A stretch of 64,000 bases of DNA from an uncultured Muribaculaceae bacterium (GCA_910584495.1 CAJUAR010000001.1:15733-79732); one strand, 5' to 3'; shown: positions 51,864 through 60,883, numbered from the stretch's first letter. Translations and numbers: made by a program. The notes: generated from the letters alone by a model not told the origin.

Positions 51864-52966
51864 AACTGCTTATCTAATAGTGTTTCGGCACAAATTTCAA
51901 GTTGCTGGCGCACAGATTCTTCGTGTATTGCCGAAAGGACGTTGCGCATAAATTCGGCATCCATGTCGAGCGACACGGCAGTGTCGACACGACGCTGCAT
52001 CAGGTCGTTGTAACGCCCCGGCTGCACTACGGGCATGCGGTGCTCCTTTTTGAAACGGCCAATGTCGCGGGCAACACGCATACGTTTTGCCAAAATTTCG
52101 ATAAGTTCGTCGTCGATGCGGTCGATTTGCTGTCGCAGCAAGGCAAGACTTTCGGTTGAAGTCGATTGCTCCGGTTTGACAAGTGTGCTGACAATGTACT
52201 GCAGCACTTCGGGCGTAATCTGCTGGGCTTTATCGCTCAGAGCGGCATCGGGGTTGCTGTGCGTTTCGATGATAAGTCCGTCGAAATTCATGTCGAGGGC
52301 TTGTTGCGAAAGAGAAGCGATAAGTTCGCGTTTGCCACCTATGTGACTTGGGTCGCAGATGATTGGCAGGTCGGGCAAGCGACGGTGCAGCTCGATGGGT
52401 ATGCGCCATTTTGGAGGATTGCGGTAGATATGTTTGCCGTAGCTTGTGAAGCCTCGATGTATGGCACCCAAACGGCGCACCCCGGCACCATAGATGCGTT
52501 CCAATGCGCCTATCCACAACTCAAGGTCGGGATTCACCGGGTTCTTGACGAGAACTGTGAGCTGATTGCGGCGATGGTCGGGCAAAGAGGCAAGCACGTC
52601 GGCAATTTCCTGCACAGCAAAAGGATTTGCCGAAGTGCGGGCTCCAATCCAAAGCACATCGACACCGGCATGGAGAGCCTCGTGGACATGACGCTCGGTG
52701 GCTACTTCGGTTGCTACGAGCATACCGGTTTCTTCCTTCACCTTGGAAAGCCATTCGAGAGCCGGGGTCCCGATGCCCTCAAACCCACCGGGTTTGGTGC
52801 GCGGTTTCCACACACCGGCACGAAACACACGCACACCGGCTGCGGCCAACGCACAAGCTGTGTCCAAAGTCTGCTGCTCGCTCTCGGCGCTGCAAGGACC
52901 GGCAATGATAAGCGGCGAAGTCATTTTCTCATCGCCAAAAAGAGGCAATAAATCTGTTATAGGCAT
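51860..52966 (-). CDS. Bifunctional 3-deoxy-7-phosphoheptulonate (DAHP) synthase / chorismate mutase type II
   Basis: The N-terminal part is a class I-beta DAHPS/KDO8PS-like barrel (IIAGPCSAESEQQ, RAGVWKPRT). The C-terminal LLRQQIDRIDDELIEILAKRMRVARDIGRFK is a CM_2 motif. Confidence 0.85.
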   Translation of the reverse strand: MPITDLLPLFGDEKMTSPLIIAGPCSAESEQQTLDTACALAAAGVRVFRAGVWKPRTKPGGFEGIGTPALEWLSKVKEETGMLVATEVATERHVHEALHAGVDVLWIGARTSANPFAVQEIADVLASLPDHRRNQLTVLVKNPVNPDLELWIGALERIYGAGVRRLGAIHRGFTSYGKHIYRNPPKWRIPIELHRRLPDLPIICDPSHIGGKRELIASLSQQALDMNFDGLIIETHSNPDAALSDKAQQITPEVLQYIVSTLVKPEQSTSTESLALLRQQIDRIDDELIEILAKRMRVARDIGRFKKEHRMPVVQPGRYNDLMQRRVDTAVSLDMDAEFMRNVLSAIHEESVRQQLEICAETLLDKQL

Positions 52967-54126
52967 GATTCTATTCTGTGTAAAGCTTCGTTTAAAATTG
53001 ATTCGGGAGCGCAGAGAGAGATGCGCACATAACGGTCGCCGGCACTACCGAAAATAAAACCGGGAGTGACGAAAACGCGGGCCTTGGCAAGGACCTTATC
53101 GGCAAAAGCCTCGGCTCCCTGCTCTGTGTCGGGGATACGGCCCCAAAGGAACAGCCCCTGCTGCCCCGGGCTGCAGGTGCACCCAAGGGCGTCCATAATC
53201 CGGGCTGCAACAGTCTGCCGACGGCGATAGGTTTCGTTAAGTTTATCGTACCACTCGCGCCCACTGTCCAAGGCCGCGATGGCGCCTTCCATAACAGCCC
53301 GAGGCTGGCCGGAATCGATATTGCTCTTCACCTTGAGCACCCACTCCACGAATTGCGGATTCGACACCAACATGCCCACACGCCATCCGGCCATGTTGAG
53401 ACATTTGCTGAGCGAGTTCATTTCGATGCATACATCGGTGGCTCCGGGCACGTTGAGAATGCTCAGCGGACGGTCGTTGAGAATAAAACTATAGGGGTTG
53501 TCGTTGACAATGACTATGCCGTGTCGACGGCCGAAATCAACGAGTTTTTCGAAGAGCTCGCTTGTGGCCGGTGTGCCCGTGGGCATGTGGGGATAGTTGA
53601 CCCACATCAGCTTGATGCAGTCCAATGGCAGACGCTCCAAAGCCTCGAAATCGGGCATCCAGCCACGTTCGGCACAAAGATCGTAGGTAAACACCTCGGC
53701 TTGTACCAGCCGCGAGGCCGAGGAATAGGTCGGGTAGCCGGGGTTTGGCACCAACACACCGTCGCCGGCATTGAGGAAGGCCATGGCAATATTGAGCACA
53801 CCTTCCTTGGAGCCTATCAAGGGCAGTATCTGGCGGTCCTGGTCGAGACCTTCAACGCCATACCATGCCGCATACCAGCGAGCAAAGGCACGGCGCAGCT
53901 CGGGCAGACCGACAGTCATCTGGTAGCTGTGGGAGTCGGGACGTCGCCAGCATTCCACAGCAGCGTCGACCGCTGCCTGTGGCGGAGGCATGTCGGGGCC
54001 TCCTATGCCCAGCGAAACAATGTCAACGCCCTGTGCCCGCAGAGCGGCTATTTCTTTGAGTTTGCGCGAAAAATAATATTCGCTCACGGCATCGAGCCGC
54101 TTGGCCGGTACAATATCTTTTGTCAT
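52957..54126 (-). CDS. Class I/II PLP-dependent aminotransferase (probable aromatic/prephenate aminotransferase, by context)
   Basis: 389 aa. NPGYPTYS and the SLSKCLNMAGWRVG (PLP lysine) motifs. It overlaps both neighbouring genes. Confidence 0.8.
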   Translation of the reverse strand: MTKDIVPAKRLDAVSEYYFSRKLKEIAALRAQGVDIVSLGIGGPDMPPPQAAVDAAVECWRRPDSHSYQMTVGLPELRRAFARWYAAWYGVEGLDQDRQILPLIGSKEGVLNIAMAFLNAGDGVLVPNPGYPTYSSASRLVQAEVFTYDLCAERGWMPDFEALERLPLDCIKLMWVNYPHMPTGTPATSELFEKLVDFGRRHGIVIVNDNPYSFILNDRPLSILNVPGATDVCIEMNSLSKCLNMAGWRVGMLVSNPQFVEWVLKVKSNIDSGQPRAVMEGAIAALDSGREWYDKLNETYRRRQTVAARIMDALGCTCSPGQQGLFLWGRIPDTEQGAEAFADKVLAKARVFVTPGFIFGSAGDRYVRISLCAPESILNEALHRIESCL

Positions 54127-55007
54127 ACTCCAGTGTCATTTTTAGGATCGGAAACGGCGCAGTATTCGCCCAGCAGACGGAAGTCGTTGATCAGAGGCCG
54201 CACGGCATCTATCGCCTGATGATAACGCACCACATTGTCAAAAGTTAAATCGACATAGAAACGGTACTCCCATTCGCGGCCAATGATGGGTGTCGATTGT
54301 ATTTTGGACAGATTCATGTCGTAGAACGAAAGTATGGTGAGCACCTTTGACAGCGCACCCTGTGTGTGCGGCAATGTGAACATGACCGAAGCCTTGTCGA
54401 CTGCCGTCGGAGCCGGCCCTGTCTCGGCAGCAAGCAAGGGGTCGGCAATCACCAGAAAACGAGTGAAATTTCGCTTGTTGGTCTCTATGCCTTCGGCAAG
54501 AATGTCGAGCCCATAGAGTTCGGCCGCAAGACGCGGGCACACAGCGGCATGGCCTTTGAGCCTGTCGCGTGCAATCTCCATGGCACTTCCGGCAGTGTCG
54601 AAACGCTCAACCATCTTCATGCGCGGTTGCCGCCGCAGCCACTGCTCGCACTGCATAAGAGCCATGGGATGGGAATTGACTTCGAAAACATCATCAATCG
54701 AAGTGCCGGGCAGAGCGGCAAGAACGTGCGAAATCCGTTTCTTATGCTCGCCAATGATGCGTACCTCGGCCGTGCGCAGCAGCTCGTGGTTGGCCAGCAA
54801 ACTGCCGGCTATTGTATTTTCGATCGCCACAATGCCCAGCAGCGAGGCATCGTAGTGTACGGCCTCGAAAAGCTCAGAAAAGGTATCGAAACCAACAGTT
54901 TCCACCTCCATGCCGTGCGCGCCGAAGTACTCGCGGGCCGCCGCATCGTGGAAGCATCCGGCAACTCCCTGGATTGCCACTCTCGGTTTGTTTTTGCTAT
55001 CTGCCAT
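54123..55007 (-). CDS. pheA: Prephenate dehydratase
   Basis: The start MADSKNKPRVAIQGVAGCFHD, TRFLVI and the C-terminal ACT domain (LSKIQSTPI..EYRFYVD). I chose the start at 55007 because the longer ORF-track start would fall inside the terminator T-tract. Confidence 0.85.
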   Translation of the reverse strand: MADSKNKPRVAIQGVAGCFHDAAAREYFGAHGMEVETVGFDTFSELFEAVHYDASLLGIVAIENTIAGSLLANHELLRTAEVRIIGEHKKRISHVLAALPGTSIDDVFEVNSHPMALMQCEQWLRRQPRMKMVERFDTAGSAMEIARDRLKGHAAVCPRLAAELYGLDILAEGIETNKRNFTRFLVIADPLLAAETGPAPTAVDKASVMFTLPHTQGALSKVLTILSFYDMNLSKIQSTPIIGREWEYRFYVDLTFDNVVRYHQAIDAVRPLINDFRLLGEYCAVSDPKNDTGV

Positions 55008-55020
55008 ATAATTAAAATTA

Positions 55021-55051
55021 AAAAGCACTCATCTTTGCGGGACGAGTGCTT
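55021..55051 (-). terminator. Attenuator-type intrinsic terminator between the leader peptide and pheA
   Basis: Minus-strand RNA AAGCACUCGUC-CCGCAAA-GAUGAGUGCUU forms an 11 bp stem with one G.U pair and a 7-nt loop, followed by UUUAAUUUUAAUU. It ends 14 nt before the pheA ATG. Confidence 0.7.
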
Positions 55052-55078
55052 GGAATATCTTCAATTGCTCAATGTCAA

Positions 55079-55159
55079 TTACAGCCGCACCGTCTCGCTC
55101 TTACCTGCAAAGTAAAAGTAATAATACGAAAACTGGTAAAACGACGAGAACGAGTTCAT
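55079..55159 (-). CDS. Phe/Tyr-rich leader peptide of the aromatic amino-acid operon (26 codons: MNSFSSFYQFSYYYFYFAGKSETVRL)
   Basis: I translated this by hand from the minus strand; it is too short for the ORF track. It has 5 Phe and 5 Tyr, all within codons 4-17. A promoter candidate precedes it, and a terminator hairpin and pheA follow it. Confidence 0.7.
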   Translation of the reverse strand: MNSFSSFYQFSYYYFYFAGKSETVRL

Positions 55160-55179
55160 TTTGACAATGGTTTATGCTG

Positions 55180-55210
55180 CAAAGTTACACATTTCCATCA
55201 TACCTGCAAA
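55180..55210 (-). promoter_or_regulatory. Candidate promoter of the Phe/Tyr operon (-33 TTTG, 19-nt spacer, -7 TAACTTTG)
   Basis: On the minus strand, TTTG sits at 55207..55210 and TAACTTTG at 55180..55187, about 21 nt upstream of the leader ATG. This matches the Bacteroides consensus TTTG/TAnnTTTG. Confidence 0.5.
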
Positions 55211-55281
55211 ATTTTCGAACAAAAAGTTTTTTTATTTTTATTTGGAGAGACAAGCGGCAAACATTGTGTGTTAATGTCCTG

Positions 55282-55316
55282 AATAAAAATAGTGCGGCTC
55301 TTATGCAGAACCGCAC
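55282..55316 (-). terminator. Intrinsic terminator of the T9SS-cargo gene
   Basis: Minus-strand RNA GUGCGGUUC-UGCAUAA-GAGCCGCAC forms a 9 bp stem with one G.U pair, followed by UAUUUUUAUUC. Confidence 0.6.
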
Positions 55317-55340
55317 CTTTTGTTCTAATATATTCTGTGA

Positions 55341-56651
55341 TTATTTCACAATTTTGCGAACAGAGCCGTCGCTCATGCGCACAATGTTGATGCCTTTAGC
55401 CAGACGTGCACGCTGAGAGCCGTCGACCGAGTAGATTTGAGCAACAGAGACGTTGCCGGCAGTCTCGATCGATTCCACTCCGGAAGTGCCTTTGACATCG
55501 ATGAGGAAGGTTGTAAAATAGGCAAGAGATTCCGGGTCTTCGAAGTTTTCAATGAAGAAGCCATAGCCGAGAATATAGCGGCCGTCGGCCGACATGCCTG
55601 TTGGCAGACAGTAGCCAATGGAATCGGCAACGCCAAACATTTCGTCATAGGCTGCAAAAGCCTGTCCCAACAACTGGGCCTGGTCTTTGCCAGCTTCCCA
55701 GATGAAGCTGCCGAAGCTTTCGAACAGAGGCTGCGTGCCAACGATTCCAACCATGGTGCCGTTGTCGGCAATAGCTGTGGGAAGAAGCCCTGTTCCGTTT
55801 TGGTCAATTTCCTGAGGTTCGCTGTAGATTGTCAATTCTTTAGATTCCACGTCGTAGACAACCGGCACTCTCATGGGTATATCGCCTTCGACAATAGTTC
55901 CTTGAAAAAGAGCATATTTGCCATTGTTGCTCAGACCGGCGGGATGCAGGCCGTAGAGAGTCTTTTCGCCGGCGGCCATGTCTTCGTCGGTCATAATCAC
56001 ATATTTGCTGAAGAGAGGGTCAACAACATATTCGCCATTGTCGCCGAGAGTCCACAGAACAGCGGGGCCGAAGTTGCCAATCGAGCCAAGGATAACCTTG
56101 CCGTCGCCGCTGATATATTTTGCAGCCGAGCCTGTGCCGACATATTCGCCAAGCAGGGCTTCGTCGGCTTCGGGGAGGAGTGTCCATTCGCCGCCGTCTT
56201 TGGAATAAGCAGCATAGGTAAGATAGCCTTTGGCCACAAGCGAGCCTACCAAGATGGAGCCATCATTGGTCAGGGCTTCGCCCAGCACATATTTATATTC
56301 GTCGGACGGGGTGGCGAGCACGGTTTCGACACCTTCGAACGAGTAGGTCACGCCCGGACCGTTGTAGCCAATGGCAAGGCCGTTGTTGTCGACATGGCGC
56401 AGCTCGGCTCCTTCGGGGTCTTCGGTGAGTTCAAACATAAAATCGTTGTTTACGAGGTCGGCAACGAAATAGCCCGAGGCCATATCTAAAGAGCCGCAGG
56501 CATATCTGCCATCGGGCGAAATGCTCAGGCCCATAAACTGGGGTTCGTCGAGGCCGGGAGTGCCGAGGCCCATTGTAAGCATTCTGACGGTTTGCGCGTT
56601 CATGGTCGAACACAGTGCAAATCCAAGAAATAGAGTAAAGAGTTTTTTCAT
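55341..56651 (-). CDS. Secreted repeat (beta-propeller-like) protein with a T9SS C-terminal sorting domain
   Basis: Signal peptide MKKLFTLFLGFALCSTMNAQ. Seven spaced S/N-x-D/N-G-x4-G motifs. The C-terminal VSVAQIYSVDGSQRARLAKGINIVRMSDGSVRKIVK resembles a type A T9SS CTD. Confidence 0.6.
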   Translation of the reverse strand: MKKLFTLFLGFALCSTMNAQTVRMLTMGLGTPGLDEPQFMGLSISPDGRYACGSLDMASGYFVADLVNNDFMFELTEDPEGAELRHVDNNGLAIGYNGPGVTYSFEGVETVLATPSDEYKYVLGEALTNDGSILVGSLVAKGYLTYAAYSKDGGEWTLLPEADEALLGEYVGTGSAAKYISGDGKVILGSIGNFGPAVLWTLGDNGEYVVDPLFSKYVIMTDEDMAAGEKTLYGLHPAGLSNNGKYALFQGTIVEGDIPMRVPVVYDVESKELTIYSEPQEIDQNGTGLLPTAIADNGTMVGIVGTQPLFESFGSFIWEAGKDQAQLLGQAFAAYDEMFGVADSIGYCLPTGMSADGRYILGYGFFIENFEDPESLAYFTTFLIDVKGTSGVESIETAGNVSVAQIYSVDGSQRARLAKGINIVRMSDGSVRKIVK

Positions 56652-56794
56652 AGGAATGACATTGGCTCTGTTGGTAAGAATACGACGAAGGCCGAGCCTT
56701 TATGCCTATCGCCATACCATCTTATCTGCATTTTTCCGGAAAAGACCTTGCAAAGGTACATCTTTCCGCTCAATAATGCAAATTTTTAACCACA

Positions 56795-56830
56795 AATTCT
56801 TCTTTTGTCACACAAAAGAAGAATTTTTTT
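56795..56830 (+). terminator. Strong orphan intrinsic terminator in a divergent intergenic region
   Basis: Perfect 14-bp stem AATTCTTCTTTTGT/ACAAAAGAAGAATT with a 3-nt loop, followed by a T run. No plus-strand gene lies upstream. It sits 175 nt before the ATG at 57005. Confidence 0.6.
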
Positions 56831-57004
56831 GGCAGCGAGGACAATAATGCACCTAAATTATCGTAAATAAAATATACAGAAAAGTTGTTGAGTGTTTTAC
56901 ATATGCATAGAATGTTTCCATGTGTAAGCTTGAACTGACAGCTATTAAGAAACTCACCACCGGCATCTATATCAACCGACAAGGGAAAAAGTTCCATAAC
57001 CACC

Positions 57005-58102
57005 ATGAACCTCAATGAAATAGCACAACAATTCTCGCTCACCGGCAAAATAGCGGAAATCAAACCTCTCGGCGACGGATTCATCAACGACACCTTCATC
57101 ATCCGCACCGAAGGCACAAGCCCGGACTATATTCTCCAGCGCAAGAACAAGAATATTTTCCCCAATGTTCCGGCCATGATGGAAAACATCAGAAAAGTGA
57201 CCGACCACATCCGAAAAAAAGTGCTTGCCGAAGGAGGCAATCCTACACGTGAAGTGATGACCGTTGTGCCCGCCGCCGACGGACAACTCTTCTTTGTCGA
57301 CGACCAAGGAGAGTACTGGGCTGTATCTGTTTTCATCGACGACACCACGGCCTATAACAGAGCCGATTCTCCGGCACTCGCCCGAAAAGGAGGTGAAGGA
57401 ATAGGCCGTTTCCAAGCCCAGCTGTCCGATTTTCACGAAGAGCTCACCGAGACAATCGAAGGCTTCCACAACATGACACACCGCTTCCGCCAGTGGGATG
57501 CGTCGGTACGTGCCGATGCTGCCGGCAGAGTGAAAGACATTGCCGAAGAAATTGGATGGATCGAAAGCCGACGCGACAAAATGCTGGCATACCGCAAGCT
57601 CGTCGACGACGGCACAATTCCCACACGAGTGACTCACAACGACACCAAAATCAACAACATTCTCTTCGACAAGGATGGGAATGTGCTCTGCGTGATAGAC
57701 CTCGACACGGTGATGCCGGCCCCTGTCCACAACGATTTCGGCGATGCCATCCGCACTTATGCCAACACCGGAGCCGAAGACGACGAAGACCTTGACCGCG
57801 TGAGCCTCTCGCTGGAAATGTTCAGGGCCTATGCCGACGGATATCTTTCGCAACAGGCTTCCAAACTGACCCAAGCCGAAATCGACTGGATGGCATTCTC
57901 GGCAATCTACATCACCTTCGAACAAGTGCTTCGCTTCCTGATGGACTATATCGATGGTGACAAGTACTATAAAATCAAATCGCCCAAGCACAATCTGCAA
58001 CGGACCCACGCCCAGTTCCGGCTGCTACGCAGCATGGAGGAACAGTACCCGCAGATGTGCCAAATAATCAAAGAAACTACCGAAAACTACCGTAAATGCT
58101 GA
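57005..58102 (+). CDS. APH-family phosphotransferase resembling N-acetylhexosamine 1-kinase (NahK)
   Basis: AEIKPLGDGFINDTFIIRTEG..DYILQRKNKNIFPNVPAMMENIRKVTDHI parallels my recollection of the NahK N-terminus. Catalytic THNDTKINNILF and IDLDT motifs are present. Confidence 0.65.
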   Translation: MNLNEIAQQFSLTGKIAEIKPLGDGFINDTFIIRTEGTSPDYILQRKNKNIFPNVPAMMENIRKVTDHIRKKVLAEGGNPTREVMTVVPAADGQLFFVDDQGEYWAVSVFIDDTTAYNRADSPALARKGGEGIGRFQAQLSDFHEELTETIEGFHNMTHRFRQWDASVRADAAGRVKDIAEEIGWIESRRDKMLAYRKLVDDGTIPTRVTHNDTKINNILFDKDGNVLCVIDLDTVMPAPVHNDFGDAIRTYANTGAEDDEDLDRVSLSLEMFRAYADGYLSQQASKLTQAEIDWMAFSAIYITFEQVLRFLMDYIDGDKYYKIKSPKHNLQRTHAQFRLLRSMEEQYPQMCQIIKETTENYRKC

Positions 58103-58701
58103 TTCGACGCATACCTATAGAACAAGCCGCATGGCACAATCTCGACTTCTGCGACTGGCCCGAAGAGTTTCCTTACAAGCCGGATGTAAAATTCCGCATG
58201 TGTCATTGCGGCGATGCGCTGACAATAGACTTTTCGGTGAGCGAAGACTGCTGCGCCGCTACCACCGACAAAGACAACGGTGAGGTGTGGAACGACTCAT
58301 GCGTGGAGTTTTTCTTCCGTATGCCCGGTGATGCCGGCTACTACAACATCGAAACCAATTGTATAGGCACCGTTCTGATGGCCCACCGCCTTGGCAAGAA
58401 CAAGGAAGTGAAGATGGCTCCGCCACAGGTACTATCCACCATCCTGCGCAAACCCTCGCTGGGGCGTGAACCATTTGCCGAAAAGAAAACGCCGACACAA
58501 TGGTCTCTGCGGCTCGTCATTCCTGCTTCGGCATTCTTCATGCACGCAGTGAAAGACTTCTCGCAGCTGGAGGCAACGTGCAATGTATATAAATGCGGAG
58601 ATTTGCTCTCCATGCCGCATTTCTTATCGTGGGAACCCGTAGAGACACCTGCTCCCGATTTCCACAGACCCGAGTTTTTCGGCAATGTCAAATTTGAATA
58701 G
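58096..58701 (+). CDS. Carbohydrate-binding family 9-like (CBM9_2/DOMON-like) protein
   Basis: 201 aa. GEVWNDSCVEFFF..YYNIETNCIGT is the pattern I associate with CBM9-like proteins. Its start overlaps the kinase stop by 7 nt. Confidence 0.6.
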   Translation: MLIRRIPIEQAAWHNLDFCDWPEEFPYKPDVKFRMCHCGDALTIDFSVSEDCCAATTDKDNGEVWNDSCVEFFFRMPGDAGYYNIETNCIGTVLMAHRLGKNKEVKMAPPQVLSTILRKPSLGREPFAEKKTPTQWSLRLVIPASAFFMHAVKDFSQLEATCNVYKCGDLLSMPHFLSWEPVETPAPDFHRPEFFGNVKFE

Positions 58702-58851
58702 CCCTTGCCATAAAGCATGATTTAGAAAATATTCCATTCGTTGAATTCCGCAACAACAGTGACCTTATCGAAGATTATTCTAAAAAATAATATACAAAAC
58801 GCGCCCATGCGTGTCTTATTATCGTAAACATGATAAACCAATCCCCATACC

Positions 58852-60882
58852 ATGAAAACCTCTGCTTTTGCCCTTTCGGTTGTGTTGTGTCTTAGTGCTA
58901 ACGCAGCCACCTTGCCCTCTCTGATTCCAGCACCAAAAACATACGAGCTTTCCAGAGACAAAGGCCTAAAACCGTCCGATATAAAATATATAGTGGCGAA
59001 CGGAGCCGAGATGCCGGTTCTCTATGGGCATCTCGACAAGCTGCCGAGAATGGAAACAGACGCCCCCGGAGTGAAACTTGTGCTGGACACAACCATGAGC
59101 CTGCCCTCTGCCGAAGGCTACACTCTGTCGGTCTCCGCTAAAGGTGCGGTGGTAGGAGCCCCGTCCGAGGCCGGCCTCTTCTATGGAGCCGTCTCCCTGG
59201 CAAGACTGCTCGAAGAAGCCGAAGAGAAGGGACTACCCGTCGACGCGGCGGTAATCACCGACTATCCGTCGCTTCCTGTTCGCGCCATACACTTCGACAC
59301 CAAGCACCACCTCGACCGCACGGAGTACTACTACAGTCTCATCGACCGTCTGGCACAGTGGAAAATCAACACCATCATCTGGGAGCTGGAAGACAAGCTG
59401 CAATATGAACGCCGCCCCGAATGCTCTGCGCCCAACGCATTGAGCAAACAGGAAATGCGGGCCATCTGCGACTATGCCAAGGAACGGCACATCGACATCA
59501 ACCCGCTTGTTCAGGGCCTCGGACACGCCGGTTTCATACTCAAAAAGCACTGGGAACTGAGAGAAAACCCCGGGAGCGACTGGGAATTCTGCCCGTCGAA
59601 CCCTGAAACCTACGAGTTGCAGTTCGACCTCTACCTCGATGCCATCGAAGCAATGCCCCATGGCAAATTTCTCCACATCGGAGGCGATGAGATTACCGAA
59701 ATCGGCATCGACGAACGGTGCAAGGCCACCGGACTGTCGCCATTCCAGCTACAGATGGTATGGCTCAACAAGGTGTGCAATTTTGCCAAAGAACACGGCC
59801 GCACGCCCATTTTCTGGGACGACATGCCTCTCAAATACGGAAACCTGTGGTGGGTATTCCACCGTGGACTGTCCGACGAAGAGGTAGATGCCAACTGGCA
59901 TACCGAGATGCTCGACCAGGCTGTGGAACTGTTTCCTAAAGACTGCATCTATATGCGGTGGCACTATGGCGACCCTACGATATACGCACACTTGAAAGTG
60001 CTCGAATGGTACAAAAACAAAGGTCTGAAAGTGATGGCCGCAACAGCGGCCGCCGACGGAGGCAGTCCATATATGCCCCGCTACGGGTCCAAAATAGAGC
60101 ACATCTATGCTTTCTGCAAGCTGGCTGTGGACAATAATTTGAACGAAGGCATTCTGGCAACATGCTGGGACGATGGTTCCCCTCACTGGGAGACTGTACT
60201 GCGCGGTTTTGCCGCCTTGGGCGAATTCAGCTGGAACCCGTCGAGTCGAAGTACGAGCAGCTTCAAAGAGGTTTTCGAACAAAACCACTTCGGCCTCTAC
60301 AACGGCGAGGCAGGCTTTATAGAGGATTTGGAAGCAGCAGCAAGTTTTTTCGACGGAGCTTTGATTACAGAAGGACGTCGCAATCCGGCCTGGCAAGTTA
60401 GGAAATACCGGTTAATCGACCTTCCCGACCCTGAAAAGCCCGGCGAATGGACGAAGAAATATGCCGAACGGATTGAAGCGGCCGCAAAACAGAAGAAACT
60501 TTGCGAACAGCTGAAAATCCGCATCGACCAAGCATCCAAAAAGGCCCTGAGGAATCGCTATCCCTTAGAAATATACAGCCGCAACAACGAACTTTTCGAA
60601 TTTCCGGCCAACATACTCCTGGCCCTGAAGGATGTGGATCTTGCCAAGAATGCAGACCAACGCAGAAAAGCGCTGGACAAACTCTCCGCCGAGTGCGAAG
60701 CATTGGACACTATCAAGAAAAACCTGATCAGGAGCTACGGCAAAACACGATTCATGGAGCTACCTAAAGGCTATATACAGGACCAAAACCACCATAAACA
60801 CCTGGCCGCACTCACGCCCGATGCCGAATGGCTATTCCTTTACGAAAACGACATAGTGCGACAAATCAAAAAACTAAAATGA
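58852..60882 (+). CDS. Glycoside hydrolase family 20-like beta-N-acetylhexosaminidase
   Basis: Signal peptide. DYPSLPVRAIHFDTKHHL and the catalytic-type FLHIGGDEI (H-x-G-G-D-E) motif. 676 aa. Confidence 0.7.
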   Translation: MKTSAFALSVVLCLSANAATLPSLIPAPKTYELSRDKGLKPSDIKYIVANGAEMPVLYGHLDKLPRMETDAPGVKLVLDTTMSLPSAEGYTLSVSAKGAVVGAPSEAGLFYGAVSLARLLEEAEEKGLPVDAAVITDYPSLPVRAIHFDTKHHLDRTEYYYSLIDRLAQWKINTIIWELEDKLQYERRPECSAPNALSKQEMRAICDYAKERHIDINPLVQGLGHAGFILKKHWELRENPGSDWEFCPSNPETYELQFDLYLDAIEAMPHGKFLHIGGDEITEIGIDERCKATGLSPFQLQMVWLNKVCNFAKEHGRTPIFWDDMPLKYGNLWWVFHRGLSDEEVDANWHTEMLDQAVELFPKDCIYMRWHYGDPTIYAHLKVLEWYKNKGLKVMAATAAADGGSPYMPRYGSKIEHIYAFCKLAVDNNLNEGILATCWDDGSPHWETVLRGFAALGEFSWNPSSRSTSSFKEVFEQNHFGLYNGEAGFIEDLEAAASFFDGALITEGRRNPAWQVRKYRLIDLPDPEKPGEWTKKYAERIEAAAKQKKLCEQLKIRIDQASKKALRNRYPLEIYSRNNELFEFPANILLALKDVDLAKNADQRRKALDKLSAECEALDTIKKNLIRSYGKTRFMELPKGYIQDQNHHKHLAALTPDAEWLFLYENDIVRQIKKLK

Positions 60883-60883
60883 G

